A stretch of 64,000 bases of DNA from Mobula hypostoma. Lineage: Eukaryota. Shown piece by piece: positions 1 through 13,325 of this stretch. The stretch is taken from positions 37,016,001 through 37,080,000 of the forward strand of contig NC_086097.1 in the NCBI RefSeq assembly GCF_963921235.1. The letters run 5' to 3'. The notes below the pieces were generated by a model. It searched no databases, was not told the origin of the DNA, and saw only the letters and a program-made list of their open reading frames with translations. Made by a program: the position numbers and the translations under genes. The stretch's first letter is position 1. Each line of letters starts with the position of its first letter.

Positions 1-741
1 ATATATTTGTAAAATAAATATAAACGTGAAGCTTTATCAACTGAGCATGCCATTTTCCCAATGCTTCATAGCATTCTGCTTTTGAGTGGCGAACAAGTAC
101 CTCAGCCCCTCTCCAATCAATAAGAGACAGAAGAGATTGCAGATCCTGTAACCTGGAACAAAATCAAACTGCTGGAGGAACTCAATACAGTTGAACTACT
201 GGGTTACTCCAGCTGATTTTTTGCTCCGACCAACAAGAACCCGGCTGAATATCCTCTTAAGGGTGCATTTGCAGTCAAGCTCCAGTGTCAGAAGACTAGA
301 GTGAAAGACTGGAGCCCTTCAATTAAAACGAGACAGGCAATCTGATAAATTTAAAGAAAAAGTGGTAGATAATTGTATAATGCACTGAAATAATTTTCAT
401 TGCTGGTAAATTTTACACTCAGCTGCATTGAATTCTGAGTATTGCTGTATCTATACGCACAAATATATGCTCTCTCACATAGACAGGCAATTAAGATAGA
501 ACGTCTAGAGATTCAAGTTACTTGAAACCAGGCAAATCAGGTTGCTCTTTGGCAGAGTTGATATAAATTAATTTCCACGTCTCAAAGTGAACTTAGAAGT
601 GAATTGTACTCAGTCCATCCTTTTAGTGTACCCTAATTCCCCCAATCTCATTCCCTATAAGAAAAACCTTAATCTGTTTCACATGCTACCACTGATAATT
701 CAGTTGGCATTACAAGGCACAGGCAATGAAAACTGTATGTA

Positions 742-1231
742 CACTCAGTGGCCACTTTATCAGGTACTCACTGTGCCCAATAAAGTAGCTACTGAGTGTT
801 TGTTCATGGCTCTCTGCAGCCATAGCCCGTCTACTTTAAGGTTCAGCACACTGTGCATTCAGAAATGCTTTTCTGCACACCACTGCTGTAACACATGGTT
901 ACTTGAGTTATTGTCACCTTGCATTTTTGTACACAGAACTGCTGCTCACAGGATTTTTTTTGTTAGTTTTCACACCATTCTCTGTAAACTCTACAGACTG
1001 GTATGTGTGAACATCCCAGGAGATCAGCAGTTTTTGAGATACTCAAACCACTGTGTGTGGCAAATTCCACAGTCAAAGTCACATAGATCACGTTTCTCCC
1101 CAAGTCTGAGCAACAACTGAACCTCGTGATATGTCTTCGAGCTTTTATGCATTGAGATGCTACCTTGTGATTGGCTGATTCAATATTTGCATTAATGAGC
1201 AGATGAACAGATGTGAAGTGGCCATCCAGTG
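742..1231. mobile_element. Tc1/mariner-type non-autonomous element
   Basis: TIR CACTCAGTGGCCACTT at 742 and degenerate inverse AAGTGGCCATCCAGTG ending 1231; TA on both flanks; extra inverse TIR copy at ~773-798. Confidence 0.7.
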
Positions 1232-2407
1232 TATACTCTGTTCAGGCCAGAAAACATATGTACATTTATAAGACATCTTCATTCAAATGATTCCACATGA
1301 AGCAGGATATATTTCAGTCTCAAGCAGTCTGTTCTGAAGGGAAGAAATCTACTTGTAAACTTCCGTTGAAGTACATGTATGCTGAAAATAGCAGGTGGCA
1401 GAATGATGTCTAATGGAGCGTACATAGGTGTGTCTTTCATGTTAACAGAATGCAAACTGTTGTCAGCAAGGTACCAAAAAGATAAATCTGAAACTCCCCG
1501 GAGGTGACAACAGGTCAAAAGCATTTTCTAGATTGTTCTCTGCAAGCAGGTAAAGGGCACATTAAAACACCAACACAATTTTTAAGTGAATTCCATTTTT
1601 AGAATGTCATATTGTTCCTTGCTCCTCTTTACAGTGAAATGCTGAGGACGGATAAAATAACATGCTGAACTATTGCTTTCCACCATTAATCCCTTGGGAC
1701 ATTGCAGGGCAGCGATGAAGTTACTGGTGTCATTGACCTCAGTCATATTACATGCAGTAATTTCCTTCACATCATAATCAAACTAATTTGAGAAACAATT
1801 CTGAGTCTGCATATGTTGATCTTCGAATGTTCCATGAAATGTAAATCACATTTTCAGAGAATCCTGTGGAATTATCTATCTTCTATTCCAGTGACTTTCG
1901 TTGTGTAAATATTATCAAACTCCTGAAGGTCTCTGAGAAAACACTTACACACACTGACTGGGACCCAGGAAAACTAAGGATATCAAGAAATATGTGATTA
2001 GTGCAGAAAGGAGGCACTGAGGTGAAAAAAAAGCCAAAATCTTGTTGCAAAAATACAAGCTTGAAAGGCCTGCTCCCGATTCTATTTCCTATGCATTGAT
2101 TTCCTCACAGGTTCTATTTATGCATCACAAGGTGTCAGCAGACCAAAGGAAAGCCGTCATTTTGTGGCAACAAAAATAATCTGGTAGTCAATTAACAAAT
2201 ACAGTAAAAACTAATCAACAATGTTACAACACTAGAAAAGAATCAAACAACCTCAGAGATTTACTTACAAGCTTTCTTTAAAATCCAAACTCTTCTTTCA
2301 TTGGAAATACAGTATAGGAAGTATTCCTTTGTTGACAAAATAGCATAGGTTGTGTTTCAGGATAACATCTCAGTCCAAAAATATAACTATAAATTTGAAC
2401 TGATGGA

Positions 2408-2657
2408 GGGGCGGCAAGGTAGCACAACACTTTACAGTTTAGTTGACCCAGGTTTAGTTCCCGCCGTTGCCTGTAAGGAGTTTATATGTTCTCCCCGTGA
2501 CCATGTGGGTTTTCTCTGGGTGCTCCAGTTTCCTCCCACAGTCCAAAGACGTACCAGTTGATTGGTCATTGTAAAACATCCTGTGATTAGGCTAGGGTTA
2601 AATCAGGAGTTGCTAGGCAGCACGGCTAGAAGGGCCGGAACGCTCTATCTCAATAAA
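2408..2657 (+). mobile_element. tRNA-derived V-core SINE
   Basis: Pol III-like head and gggtgctccagtttcctcccac core. Confidence 0.72.
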
Positions 2658-2729
2658 AATTTTTTTAAAGAACCTAGAAACTGGAGTGGCATGATAGTTA
2701 TTGCAATAAGTACCAATAGATCATATTTC

Positions 2730-3186
2730 ACTATCTTTCCACATATGTTCAGCCCCAATACTCTGAGCCAACCGCGATTCCCCAGCACAGCCCATCCCAT
2801 CTGCATTTGACCTGTCTCCCTCCCCTCTCACTCCTGCCATCAGGAGGAAGGAGTAGGAGTCTTGTCCACCTTCGGGTGCAATTGCTGCCCTGCAGCCACT
2901 GGACCCCCGGATGGTTTCACTTGCCTCAGCGCTGGACTGACACCGCAGCCTGTGCATTCACTTTCGGGGATTCTGCAGCTCGTGGTCAATGCATTACTAG
3001 TTTACTTTTTTTATTATTTGCACAACTTGTCCTTTTTTGCACATTGGATGTTTGTCAGTCCTTGTCGTGCGTGTTTTTTGGTGGGTTCTGTTGTATTTCT
3101 TTGACTCCTGTGGGTGCATGCAAGAAAGTGAATCTCAAGGTTGTATAAGGTATATATATTTAGAGAATAAATTTACTTTGAACTTA
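2730..3186 (+). mobile_element. Rex1-like LINE 3' fragment
   Basis: SLLPSGGR motif; gaatctcaaggttgta..aataaa..actttgaactt tail. Confidence 0.65.
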
Positions 3187-3663
3187 AGTTTCTAACATTT
3201 ATGTTCTTGGTACCTTACATAAGTGACATCTGTTTGATAGTAACATTTTAACATAAGGCCACAGAAGGATTTTTTTTAATGCCTGATTTTGGAAATAAAC
3301 GACTGAAGTGCAGTTTCACCTTTGACAAGCCCCCCAGATCTGTATAGATGAACTCTACAGCACTAGCTGGCGGTCAAGAATAGAAAACAGAAAAACAAAA
3401 TATTTTGTAGGCTTTGTTCAATAGATGGGCAGTGAATGCAAAGGGATGAATTACTGATGGGTGAAAGACTTGTTGTCACTTTGAGTCTGTGTGCATGTAT
3501 ACTTGAGATGATTGATCCGAAACCAGACTGGGAGTATATTACACACACAACAGCAAATCTCTTACGGCGTTACCAATGCCAAGATCAATATTAATAAGAA
3601 ATAGCATCATCACTGATTTACTAGCATTGAGGGAGCTGGCAATAATGTCAAAGGATTTGACAG

Positions 3664-3980
3664 AAGTCTTCTTTGTTTGGGCAACCCTTCAAGATCAAAT
3701 ATGACTTCCTTCCACTCCAGGTTTGAGAGTTGCAATGTTTCTGATGAGATCAGTGTTGGAGCTACACTCCTGTCAGCCATTTACACAGAGCTTCTTTGTG
3801 CTCACAATGCACGGACTTCATCCAAATTCTCCTTCTCCATTCTCAGCCATCGCAAGCCGAAGATTCCCAAGAGTCAGTTCTTCAAGGAGGCGTGGAGAAC
3901 TTCCTTGAATCTCTTCCCACGACAGATTTTGGAACAGAATGCCTGCTTCAGGAAGCTGGTATCAGGCATGTGAATGATAT
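3664..3980 (-). mobile_element. RTE LINE 3' fragment
   Basis: Minus strand reads MPDTSFLKQAF..GKRFKEVLHASLK, an RTE C-terminal motif. Confidence 0.65.
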
Positions 3981-4004
3981 TGCCTATTCCAGTGGAACCA
4001 TTGG

Positions 4005-4700
4005 AAGCACAACGGTTAGCACTGCTGCCTCACAGTGCCAGGGACCCAGGTTCAATCCTTACCTCAGACACTGTCTTAAGAAGCTCCCATGCTTCTCCAT
4101 AAACTTGCAAATAACACCACAGAAGTGGGCACGACTCTCCCCACCATCGAGGACATCTTCAAGAGCCAGCGCATCAAGAAGGCAGCAAGCAGCATCAAGG
4201 GACCACCATCCCATCTGGGACATGCCTTCTTCTCATCACTACCATCAGGGAGAAGGCACGGGAGTCTGACGGACTACGGTCAATGATTCAGGAGGAGCTT
4301 CTCTCCCTCTGCCATCAAATTTGTGAATGGTCCATGAACCTCATTATTCCGGTGTTTTGCTCTATTTGTTCATTTAGCTTTGTAATTTATAGACTTTTAT
4401 GTCTTTGCATTGTATTGCTGCTGCAAAACAAGAAATGTCATGTCATATGTCAGTGATATTAAATCTGATTCTGACTGTGTGGGTTCTCACTGGCTGCTCT
4501 TTTTCCTTTGCACGTCCTAAAAACGTGCTGGTAGGTCAATTAGCTGTGATGAATTACCCCTCAGAGTGCCAAAAAAAACGAAGAGGGAGTTGATGTGCAT
4601 GTTGCTCAGAACACATACCATCACAATAGGGAAATAAGGGGAATGGGGGAATTGGGGAATGGGACTGATGGGATTGTTCTGTTGCCAGCCTGTATCGATC
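4005..4700 (+). mobile_element. V-core SINE split by a Rex1 3' fragment (~4102-4472)
   Basis: SINE head 4005-4100; LPTIEDIF..LPSGRR insert; SINE core resumes at gactgtgtgggtt. Confidence 0.65.
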
Positions 4701-7635
4701 TGATTGCCTGAATATTTTCTTTATTTTTCTAAAGAAGTTACTAGGGCCTCAATACTAGTGAGGTGGGGCCTGAAAGAAGTTCGATCAAGTATCCAAACTG
4801 AGTCCTGGGATCTGAGAACCGATTTTGCCGCAGCATAGGAGTGTAGTGTTGTCCTTCCTTAATTTGGAAGTACTTTACAGGGCATTCTGACAACTATTTG
4901 AGGCCGATCTTGAAATCAGCTCTCATTGATTGAGTGAATCATCCCAAGCAATAGATAACTGTACAGACAAACTAAGAACAACTCTGATTTGCAATTAGTT
5001 ATGTCAATATCACTTTGGTTTTATTGATTAATTTTAGCAAAAATTGATGTTTACTCATAATGTAGGCGAATGTATTACATGTATATTTCTCCTTCTAAGA
5101 TATAACCCCATTCAGTAACCAACTTAGTCAGGTAATTACAACTTGAGAATGCATTTCAGAAATTGATATTGTTTTTACCATTTTCCCAATATAGTTAAAG
5201 TAAACTTCTATATTATTTTTGTGAATAGATACTGAGAAGATCTAGTCAATATTATTACCAATTGCAAATGGGTGATTGTAATAAACAGAAATATATATGC
5301 AGCACCAAACCTTAAGGTATAAAAATCTGGAAGAAATTTTTATATAAAATGCGAATCTGGAGGTGATTTTTCAGTAAATTCCAAATTGTGCAAATCTGGA
5401 TACGATTTTTGTTCATAGAATATTAATCCCGGATTTTAATATAAAATTGCCTCCTCATGTAGCTCATCAAAGCCAGAGATTCAAAGGTGATTCATCTAAG
5501 TGGAGGTATTTCCATAACTTTAGTGGAAGATGATTAAAACCCTGGCGAAGTGGTGTTAGTCATGCTTTTAAGTTTTCCTGCTATTTGTCTGAGGTCTCTG
5601 GCTCCATTCCTCTGCCTGACAACCATCTGAAGCTGAGCCAGACTATTTGCAACCTTGACCCCGAGGCAAACTTCTGACCACTGCTACGCATCCTCACTAA
5701 AGTCATCTAATTGCTCCCGTGTTTAAAAGCATTCAACTCCACTCCTGCTTCAGACCACCTAATAATGAAAGCCTTTAACTATACCCATTACCTCTAGACT
5801 TGATTAGTTTTAAAAAAAACAGTCCTATTCTTCCACCATCCATTATCTTGAGTCTGCTGGAACCTTGTATCTTAACTTTGCTGTGTATCTTAAAATAGAA
5901 CATCGAACATTTCAGCTGAGTACAGGCCCTCGGCCCATGATGCAATGTCAACCTTTTAAACTACTCTATGATCAATTTAACACTTCCTTCCTACCTCACT
6001 CTTCTTTGTCTATCATCTATGTGCCTAGCTAAGAGTTTCTTAAATTCCCAGATGTATCATGTTTTGTTCTTTTCAACCAATACTTCTATGATGCCATCTT
6101 GCAATAACTTCAAAATTAAGCAATATTTCAATTTTAAAACTCTCATTCTTAAATCTCTTCATAACTTTGTCTTGTAATTCCCTCCAACATAAATTTGTTT
6201 CTTTCAGTCAATCACCTATTGGCAGCTACAAATTGTCCCTACTGTTTTCCTCATCTTTAGGACCTCCATCATATGACCTCAGATCATACCTTGCAGTTTA
6301 ATGTAAAATAGTATTGGACAGCATGCGAAGATAGCTTTCAAATGAAGCTGAGGATGCAATATGACTGTTAAGCCAATCTTCCTCAGGAAGCCAATGCAAT
6401 AAATTCCTACTGTTCACCCACCTGCTTCCCTTTCAGATATGCATAGATTTTTTACTTTGAGTGAAAGCAAAAAAATCAGCCATACTTATTCAAAATTTTC
6501 TGAAAATAGATTATTGTTAGGAACAAAGTTGACCTGCGCGAGCTCACATTTTGTGCGTGTTTTATTGGAAATGTGCACTCGGAAATGCGGCAGCTCCTTA
6601 TTTTGATATGCCTCATTTCAACATAGACTTAATTATTGTACTGGCAACGCTATCATAAATGTGCTTGAAAAAAATTACAAGAAAACGGCCCTTTACTTTC
6701 AAAAGATCCTTCGCTCCCCTAATAACATCATCATAGAACAATATAAATTTACCCCAGGGGTCCAAACTGTCATAGAGTTGACAGCAATCTACCTAATCCC
6801 AGAAAATTGCAATTTGCTGCCACATTCTTGACCTCAGCAACAAAAATCTCTTCAACCATGCATAGACAGACACCAATTCATACAGGATTCTGGTGTTCAA
6901 AAGAAGCATAATTTAGTAATTATCATATATTTATTTTATGGTTACATTTAGCCATTGATTTCTTTCATCAATCATATAATGGTAATGACTTTTGACAAAA
7001 TAAATGAACTAGCTTGTGAAAATTACGTTTTAATTAACAACACTAAACAAAATTCAGAAGCAGATCCTCTTGAATTCTACTTTTTCTAATCTGTTGGTTA
7101 TAGAATTGTGCTGTTCCCTCTTCACAATAATGCAAAGTTGACAGATAAACTCCCTTGTTAATAACCGTACCCCTTTTTGAATATTTGTTATATCTTAACA
7201 TATGCATGAAGATTTGACAAATTGACAAAGGAGTTCAGTTTTCCTTCAAGATTCTTGAAGGACACAAAACATATGTTTATGTTTACCTCCCGCACCCATT
7301 TCCACTTTCCACAGGGATCGGTCCCTCCACAATTCCGTTGTCCATTCATCCCTCCCCACTAATCGCCCTCCGAGTGCTTATCTCTGCACGTGGGCTATGT
7401 GCTACGGCTGCCCATACACCTCCTGCCTCACCTCCAAACAGCCCTTCCCGGTGAGGTAATTCTTCACCTGCGAAGCTGCCAGGGCGTCTGTTGTGCCCCC
7501 GTGCTCCCGGTGCAGCCTCCTCTACATTGGTGAGACCCGTTATAAATTGGGGGATGGCTCCGTACGCCACAAGCAGAACAAAATGAGACCACCCCCAAGG
7601 CGGAGGGGCAACACCCTACATCCCATCTGGCTAAG

Positions 7636-7866
7636 CACAGCTCCAAAGCCATATTGAAGTCTGCTGGCAACACCACTGCTGTTGGCTGAATAACAGATGG
7701 CGATGAATGGGCACATAAGAGGGAGATTGAAAATCTGGTCGAATGGTGCCACAACCACAACCTCTCACTCAACATCTGCAAAACCAATATTATCGATAAG
7801 AGGAGGAGGAAACTGGAGGTCCACGAGCCGGTCCTCATGAGGGGAATCAGAGATCAGAGGGTGAGG
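7636..7866 (+). mobile_element. Internal Rex1-type RT fragment fused to the FREM exon
   Basis: Translates as ..[21 protein letters not shown].. with a decayed KFADDTT motif. Confidence 0.75.
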
Positions 7867-8067
7867 GTGAGTGCTCCAACAGGTCCAGGTGGAGTGACAA
7901 GCCCTACGACAAACACCTTCTCCACCTCCTCCAAGATGATTACTCTAGACTCAGTCTACTTCCAAGCTGGCTCCCGGGTGCAGTGTGCTGCTCAAGCTGT
8001 TAATTCCAATGGGGATGAAGGGCTCGAGTTAATAAGCCCTATCGTATCAGTCAGCACTGAGGAAGGT
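7867..8067 (+). pseudogene. Orphan exon fragment of a FREM2/FREM3 (FRAS1-related ECM protein) gene with its GT donor
   Basis: [64 protein letters not shown] closely matches the FREM2 C-terminal region as I recall it; ends GAAG|gtaata; no neighbouring FREM exons found. Confidence 0.8.
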
Positions 8068-9564
8068 AATACATAAAAGTGTGCTGTTGGTTCTTCAAAC
8101 AATATACTATGCTCAATTGTACGTTGAAAAATTATCAGCAAGGACGGTGGTACAAGTTCTCATAAGATAATAAAAGCGATTTATATTTTACAGTAAATAT
8201 TTTGAAATTTAACTTATTACTTTCTGATTAATACATTTACAACCTGATTTCTCCTTCTAGTAAACAAATTCCCCCGAACCATTTATTCCCTACTCTGACC
8301 TTACACTTCTTTTCACCTGCCTATCACCTCCCCCTGAGTCTCCACCTCCTTCCCTTTCTCCTATGGTCCACTCTTCTCTCCTATCAGATTCCTAAAAAAG
8401 CTCTCCAGCCCTTGACCTTTCCCTCCTGGCTTCTCCTATCACCTTTCAGCAAGGCTTCCTTCCACATTTTGATCTGGCGTCATCCCCCTTCCTTCTCAGT
8501 CCTGAAGAAGGGTCTCGGCCCAAAGCATTAACAGTTTATTCATGTCCATGGATGCTGCCTGACCTGCTGAGTTTCCCTAGCATTTTGTGTGTGTGTTGCT
8601 TTGAAGGACATTGTTTACCATCATGGCAAATTTTAGACAATTTTGTAGCCTCAGGGCTGATTTTGGATACTGACTACTTGCATAGATTCTTGCTTAAAGT
8701 CTCAGTACATACAGATAGGCAGATATTACATGATATCAATGAACAACAGCATTGACTTGACCTGGACAATGGCATTAATTACATTATCTGCTAATCAGGA
8801 GCAGAACCACATGTCTGCCTCTTCCCAATTGGCGACATCAGAGTGTTTGCTTCTTAAATTTCCTACCAAAGTATAACATTTTACATTTCTCAGCACTGAA
8901 CTTCATCTGTCACACATCGATCTATTCTAACAAACTGTTTCATCTTTCTCACAGTTCACCTTTCTCTGGGCTGTATCATTTGTTAATTTAGAAATAGTGC
9001 CATATACTCCAATATCCAAATCACTAATTTATGAAGAAAAACAGTGACCTTGAAGTTCCCTTGGTGGACCTAACAGGACCCCTAGGGAGCTTCAGTTCAA
9101 TTTCCTCCCATGTAAAGCAATCCTTTATTACTTCACTTGCTTTCCATTCCTTCAGCTGAATCAGAATCAAGTTTAATATCATTGACCTATGTCATGAAAT
9201 TTGTTGTTTTGCAGCAGTAGTACAACACAATACATAATATTAAACTATAGATTAAGATATAAATATAAAATTAAACACTATAGCAAAAAGAGAGCAAAAA
9301 AGGGGAAATAGTGAGAGTACATTCAGAAATCTGATGGCAGAGTGGCCATTTATTACATGGCACGTTATCAAATGTGTTTTAGCCATATAAACTGCATTTT
9401 AATAATAGCCATATTCATTGTATTTTCTTTGTCCTCCCTATTATTTCTTCAACTATGGACTATGCTGAGTGTCCTTTGGTTCGTAGTACTGGGAGTGAAA
9501 AGCAAAAGGGCTTGGACTGGTGACATGGACATAAAGAGTATAAACAAGACGTAGTAGGACAAGA

Positions 9565-9800
9565 GGGTAGGTAGGAGGTAGGTAGGCAGAGAGTGGTGAG
9601 TGTGTGGAATGAGCTGCCGGCAGCAGTGGTGGAGGCGGATATGATAGGGTCTTTTAAGAGCCTCCTGGATAGGTACATAGAGCTTAGAAAAATAGAGGGC
9701 TATGGGTAAGCCTAGGTAGTTCTAAGGTAAGGACATGTTCAGCACAGCTCTATGGGATAAAGGGCCTGCATGGTGCTGTAGGATTTCTATGTTTCTAAGG
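9565..9800 (+). mobile_element. CR1 LINE 3' end
   Basis: RVVSVWNELP remnant and aagggcctg..gtgctgtag..ttctatgtttcta tail. Confidence 0.75.
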
Positions 9801-10621
9801 CATATTTATTGACTATTTAATGGGTGGTCAGTAAAATTCTGCAGCAAATTTACAGGATTCAAGCTAGTTTATTTTCATCTGTCTGTACAGAAGTGTAATG
9901 GAGAACAAAATGATTGCTAGTCTGGATCTGATGCAGCATAAAATAACCACAATAAGCATAAGAACACAATACAGAGAAAACAACAAATATAAGTACAAGA
10001 GATTAGCCTATATACATAGAATAATAGTGTATACAATGCTTAAGCTTTATTGTTATATATAGCAACAAGAAAAATACAGCATAGGAGAAGTCCTTGTCTG
10101 ATGTGTATTTTGATATTTGCATAATGGTTGAATTGCAAGACCTTCCCTGCCAGTCCCAAATAAGTGCATTGTTCACTAAGCAAGATAATTCCCGGAGATA
10201 CCGTGCCAGGATTCCAGCAGACTTGATTGAGAGAGCTGCAGCTGTTCAGGTCAAACCATCACAGTGTAATGGCTGCAGAGTACACGTACAAAAAAAACTT
10301 TGAACTAAATTGGTTAAAATAAGGGAAAATTATGAATTGGGGGCCAGACCGAATACATTTCTGGATTGAGAGAGGATATTGTAAACTTCCTGAAAATACC
10401 TCAGGGTTGCAGTGAGCATGACTGTGAGCCGAAGGACTGGACAGCAGCCAATGTAATATCCATTCTTAAAATAAAACACAACTACATGGAACAATTATGG
10501 GCCAGTTGGCTTGACATCTCCGGTACAGAATGTTAGAGAATCTTTCCTTATATTTGAGTTAAAGAGAAAATAGAAGCAGCCCGCAAAGATTTTAAAGCAA
10601 CCTTTTTGGAGGATTAGCTTA

Positions 10622-12075
10622 TTAGAATCATATTTATTATCTTTGGTTTATATGATGTGAAATGTGCTACTTCATAGCAGCAGTACAGTGAAAGACATAA
10701 AATTGCTATAAATTACAAATCAACAGAAGAAAAGAATAATGAGGTACTGCTCATGGACTATCCAATGGCAGAGGGGATAAAGCTGTTTCTGAATCATTCA
10801 GCTTGGCTGTTCAGGTTCCCGCACCTCCTCCCTGATGGTAATAATGAGAAGACTGAATGTCCCCAGTGACGAGTGTCCTTAAAGGTGGATGCTACATCCT
10901 TGGGATACCACCTCTTCAAGATGCCCTCGATGGTGGAGAGGGTGTGACTGTGATGAAGCTGGCTAAATTTACAACCGTCTGCAGCCTCTTGCAATCCTAT
11001 GCATTGAAGTTTCCACACTAGGCTATGATAAAAATTACCAGAATGCTCTTTGGTGGCCGTATATTTGTATGACTTCTCAAGAGTCCTTGTTGACATACCA
11101 AATCTCAAACTCCTAATGAAGTAGAGCCACTGGCGTGCCTTCTCCATGATTGCGTCAATGTGTTGGGCCCAGAACAGATCCTCAAAGATGTTGATAGTTG
11201 GAACTTGAAGCTGCTCACTCTTTCCACTGATGACCCCTCAGTGAGAAGTGGTGTGTGTCCCCTCAATTCCCTCCTTCCTGAAGTGGTTAACAATCAATTA
11301 CTTGTTTTTGCTGACGTTGAGTGTGAGGTTGTTGTTGGATCACTGCTCAGACAGCCGATCTACCGCAGTCCTGTCACCAGAAAGTGGTGTCATCGGCAAA
11401 ATTATCGCTGCCATTTGGGCTGAGCATGGCACACACACAGTCATGATGTAGGGGGAGTAGAGCAGTGGGATAAGCACACACCTTTGTGGACTGTCAGTAA
11501 GGAGATGTTATTACTGTTTGCACTGACTGTGGTCTCCCAGTGAAGAATTCAGGGATCTGGTTGCAGAGGGAGGTCCAGTAGCATAGGTTTGAACACGTGC
11601 TGATTGATATTGAGGAGATGGTGGTGTTGAACACTGAATTATAATTGATAAATAACAGCCTGTCTAGGTGCCCTAGAGCAGAGTGGGGAGCCAGTGATAT
11701 TGCTTTCACCGCAGACCTGTGTGGGGGCAGGCACATTGCAGCTGGTCTGGCTCCTTGTTTCAGGGTGGAGATAATTCTAGATGTAATAACCCTCTTAATA
11801 CACTTCATAATTGTAGATGTGAGTGCTACAGGTAGACAACTCACCCTGATCTTCTCGGGCACCGGTTTGATTGCTGCCTTTTTGAAGCAGCTGCGAGCCT
11901 CAAACCACGGCAGTGAGAGTTTGAAAGTGTCCTCGAACACTCCCGCTTGTTAATCACCACAGTTTTTGAGTACCCTGCCAGGCAGACCATCGCGATGCTT
12001 ATGAGGATTGACCCTCATTGAAGGATGTTCTGATATCAGCTTCAAAGATAAAGATCACAAGGTCACCAGCTACTA
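10622..12075 (-). mobile_element. Degenerate Rex1/Babar LINE
   Basis: CFKKAAIxPVP, PVALTS, LLFINYNSVFNT, KARQxLYF, LLPSGRR fragments. Confidence 0.85.
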
Positions 12076-13101
12076 TGGGGGTTCACAAGACATTGGTCTC
12101 GTTTGAAATCATAATGACACTTGACAGTACAGAGCTGTCAGCCTCAAATACATGTCCAAACTCCATCTTAAGGTGGGGGCAAAGCAACTCTTTGATAATA
12201 TTGGGAAAGCACAAAATGTTTAAAGTGATTAATAATTTATATGGTCATTTGCTTCCCAGCTTTAAATTTGTTGATATTCAAAATCAAAAACTGCCAGAAA
12301 GATTGCAGATGCCATTCAGAAAAAAGGTCATCATTTAAAATAGTTTACTGCATAAATGCTGCCTCCCTGCCGAATATTTAATTTTAATTGCCAGTTTTTT
12401 TTTCTTCTCCCATTCCTGTTCCTGTGTTGAGAATGTTGACTCCTCCCAAATCCACAGCTGCATCACCCTCTGGAGCCTCAAACAAGTGCCCATTAGTTCA
12501 TGTGCATTTTGACAGCAAGTAGCAAGAGGCTGTGAGGCTAATCACAGCCAACCCCTAATCCTGACATCATTCCAATGTTGTTGCACACACACTTCCAGCC
12601 AGAGTGCCTGGTTAATAATCAGGAAGAACTGCAGCCAATTTAAACCTCTGTAATCCAAATCTGTTGCAGGCTATTGTACCATAGTTGCTGCCGCCCTGCT
12701 TCTAATTACATAACTAGATACACATGAGCAATCAAACATGGAACTTTTCAGGTCAGTGTGGTTTGCCATCTGACTGGATAAACTTGCTCAACCTTCATTG
12801 GAGGGATTTTGAATTAAAAATTGCAGTGAATTTCAAGTCTCAGAGAGATATTTTTTGACTAATAGGTTGCCTTTCTTATCTAGAAAGTATGAGAACGGAT
12901 CAGTGTCTACTGTGTTACCAATGACTGTACATCACGCCTGTGTTTATAGTTCAAGTAAATACATTCTTCAGGGAATATTTCCAGATAAAGCATGCAACCT
13001 CAACCACTAAAATCACATCTCTTTCAAAATACTACAAATGCTCCTGGCATATTTTATAAAGTCATAGTCATAGAACACTACAGCACAGCACAGGCCCTTT
13101 G

Positions 13102-13325
13102 ACACACACCAAAGTGCTGGAGGAACTCAGCAGGCCAGGCAGCATCTACAGAAAAGAGTAAACAGTCGACATTTTGGGCCGAGGACCCTTCTTCAGTCCT
13201 GATGAAAGATCTTGGCCTGAGACATTGACTGTTTACACTTTTCCATAGATGCAGCCTGGCCTGCTGAGTTCCTCCAGTGTTTTGGTGTGTGTGGCTTTCG
13301 ATTTCCAGCATCTGCAGATTTTCTC
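13102..13325. repeat. Inverted (fold-back) pair of Penelope terminal repeats
   Basis: 13102-13196 is the reverse complement of ~13199-13292 with a few mismatches. Confidence 0.88.

Larger units (their letters stand above)
7285..8602 (+). mobile_element. Penelope GIY-YIG/pLTR fragment interrupted by a ~600-bp foreign insert (7633-8239)
   Basis: CSRCSLLYIGET and ExQH remnants before the insert; element resumes at caacctgat (8240), collinear with the intact copy at 20221-20270; degenerate hammerhead at 8497-8533. Confidence 0.8.

Noticed and set aside
587..1120. 177-aa ORF
   Set aside because: Runs through a Tc1-like non-autonomous element, starts at GTG and has no recognisable domain or splice context
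4005..4075. tRNA gene
   Set aside because: tRNA-like head of a SINE; no complete cloverleaf, and it continues into the SINE core
7837..8076. Functional FREM gene at this locus
   Set aside because: The ATG comes from LINE sequence, the exon is 5'-truncated with no acceptor, and no adjacent FREM exons were found
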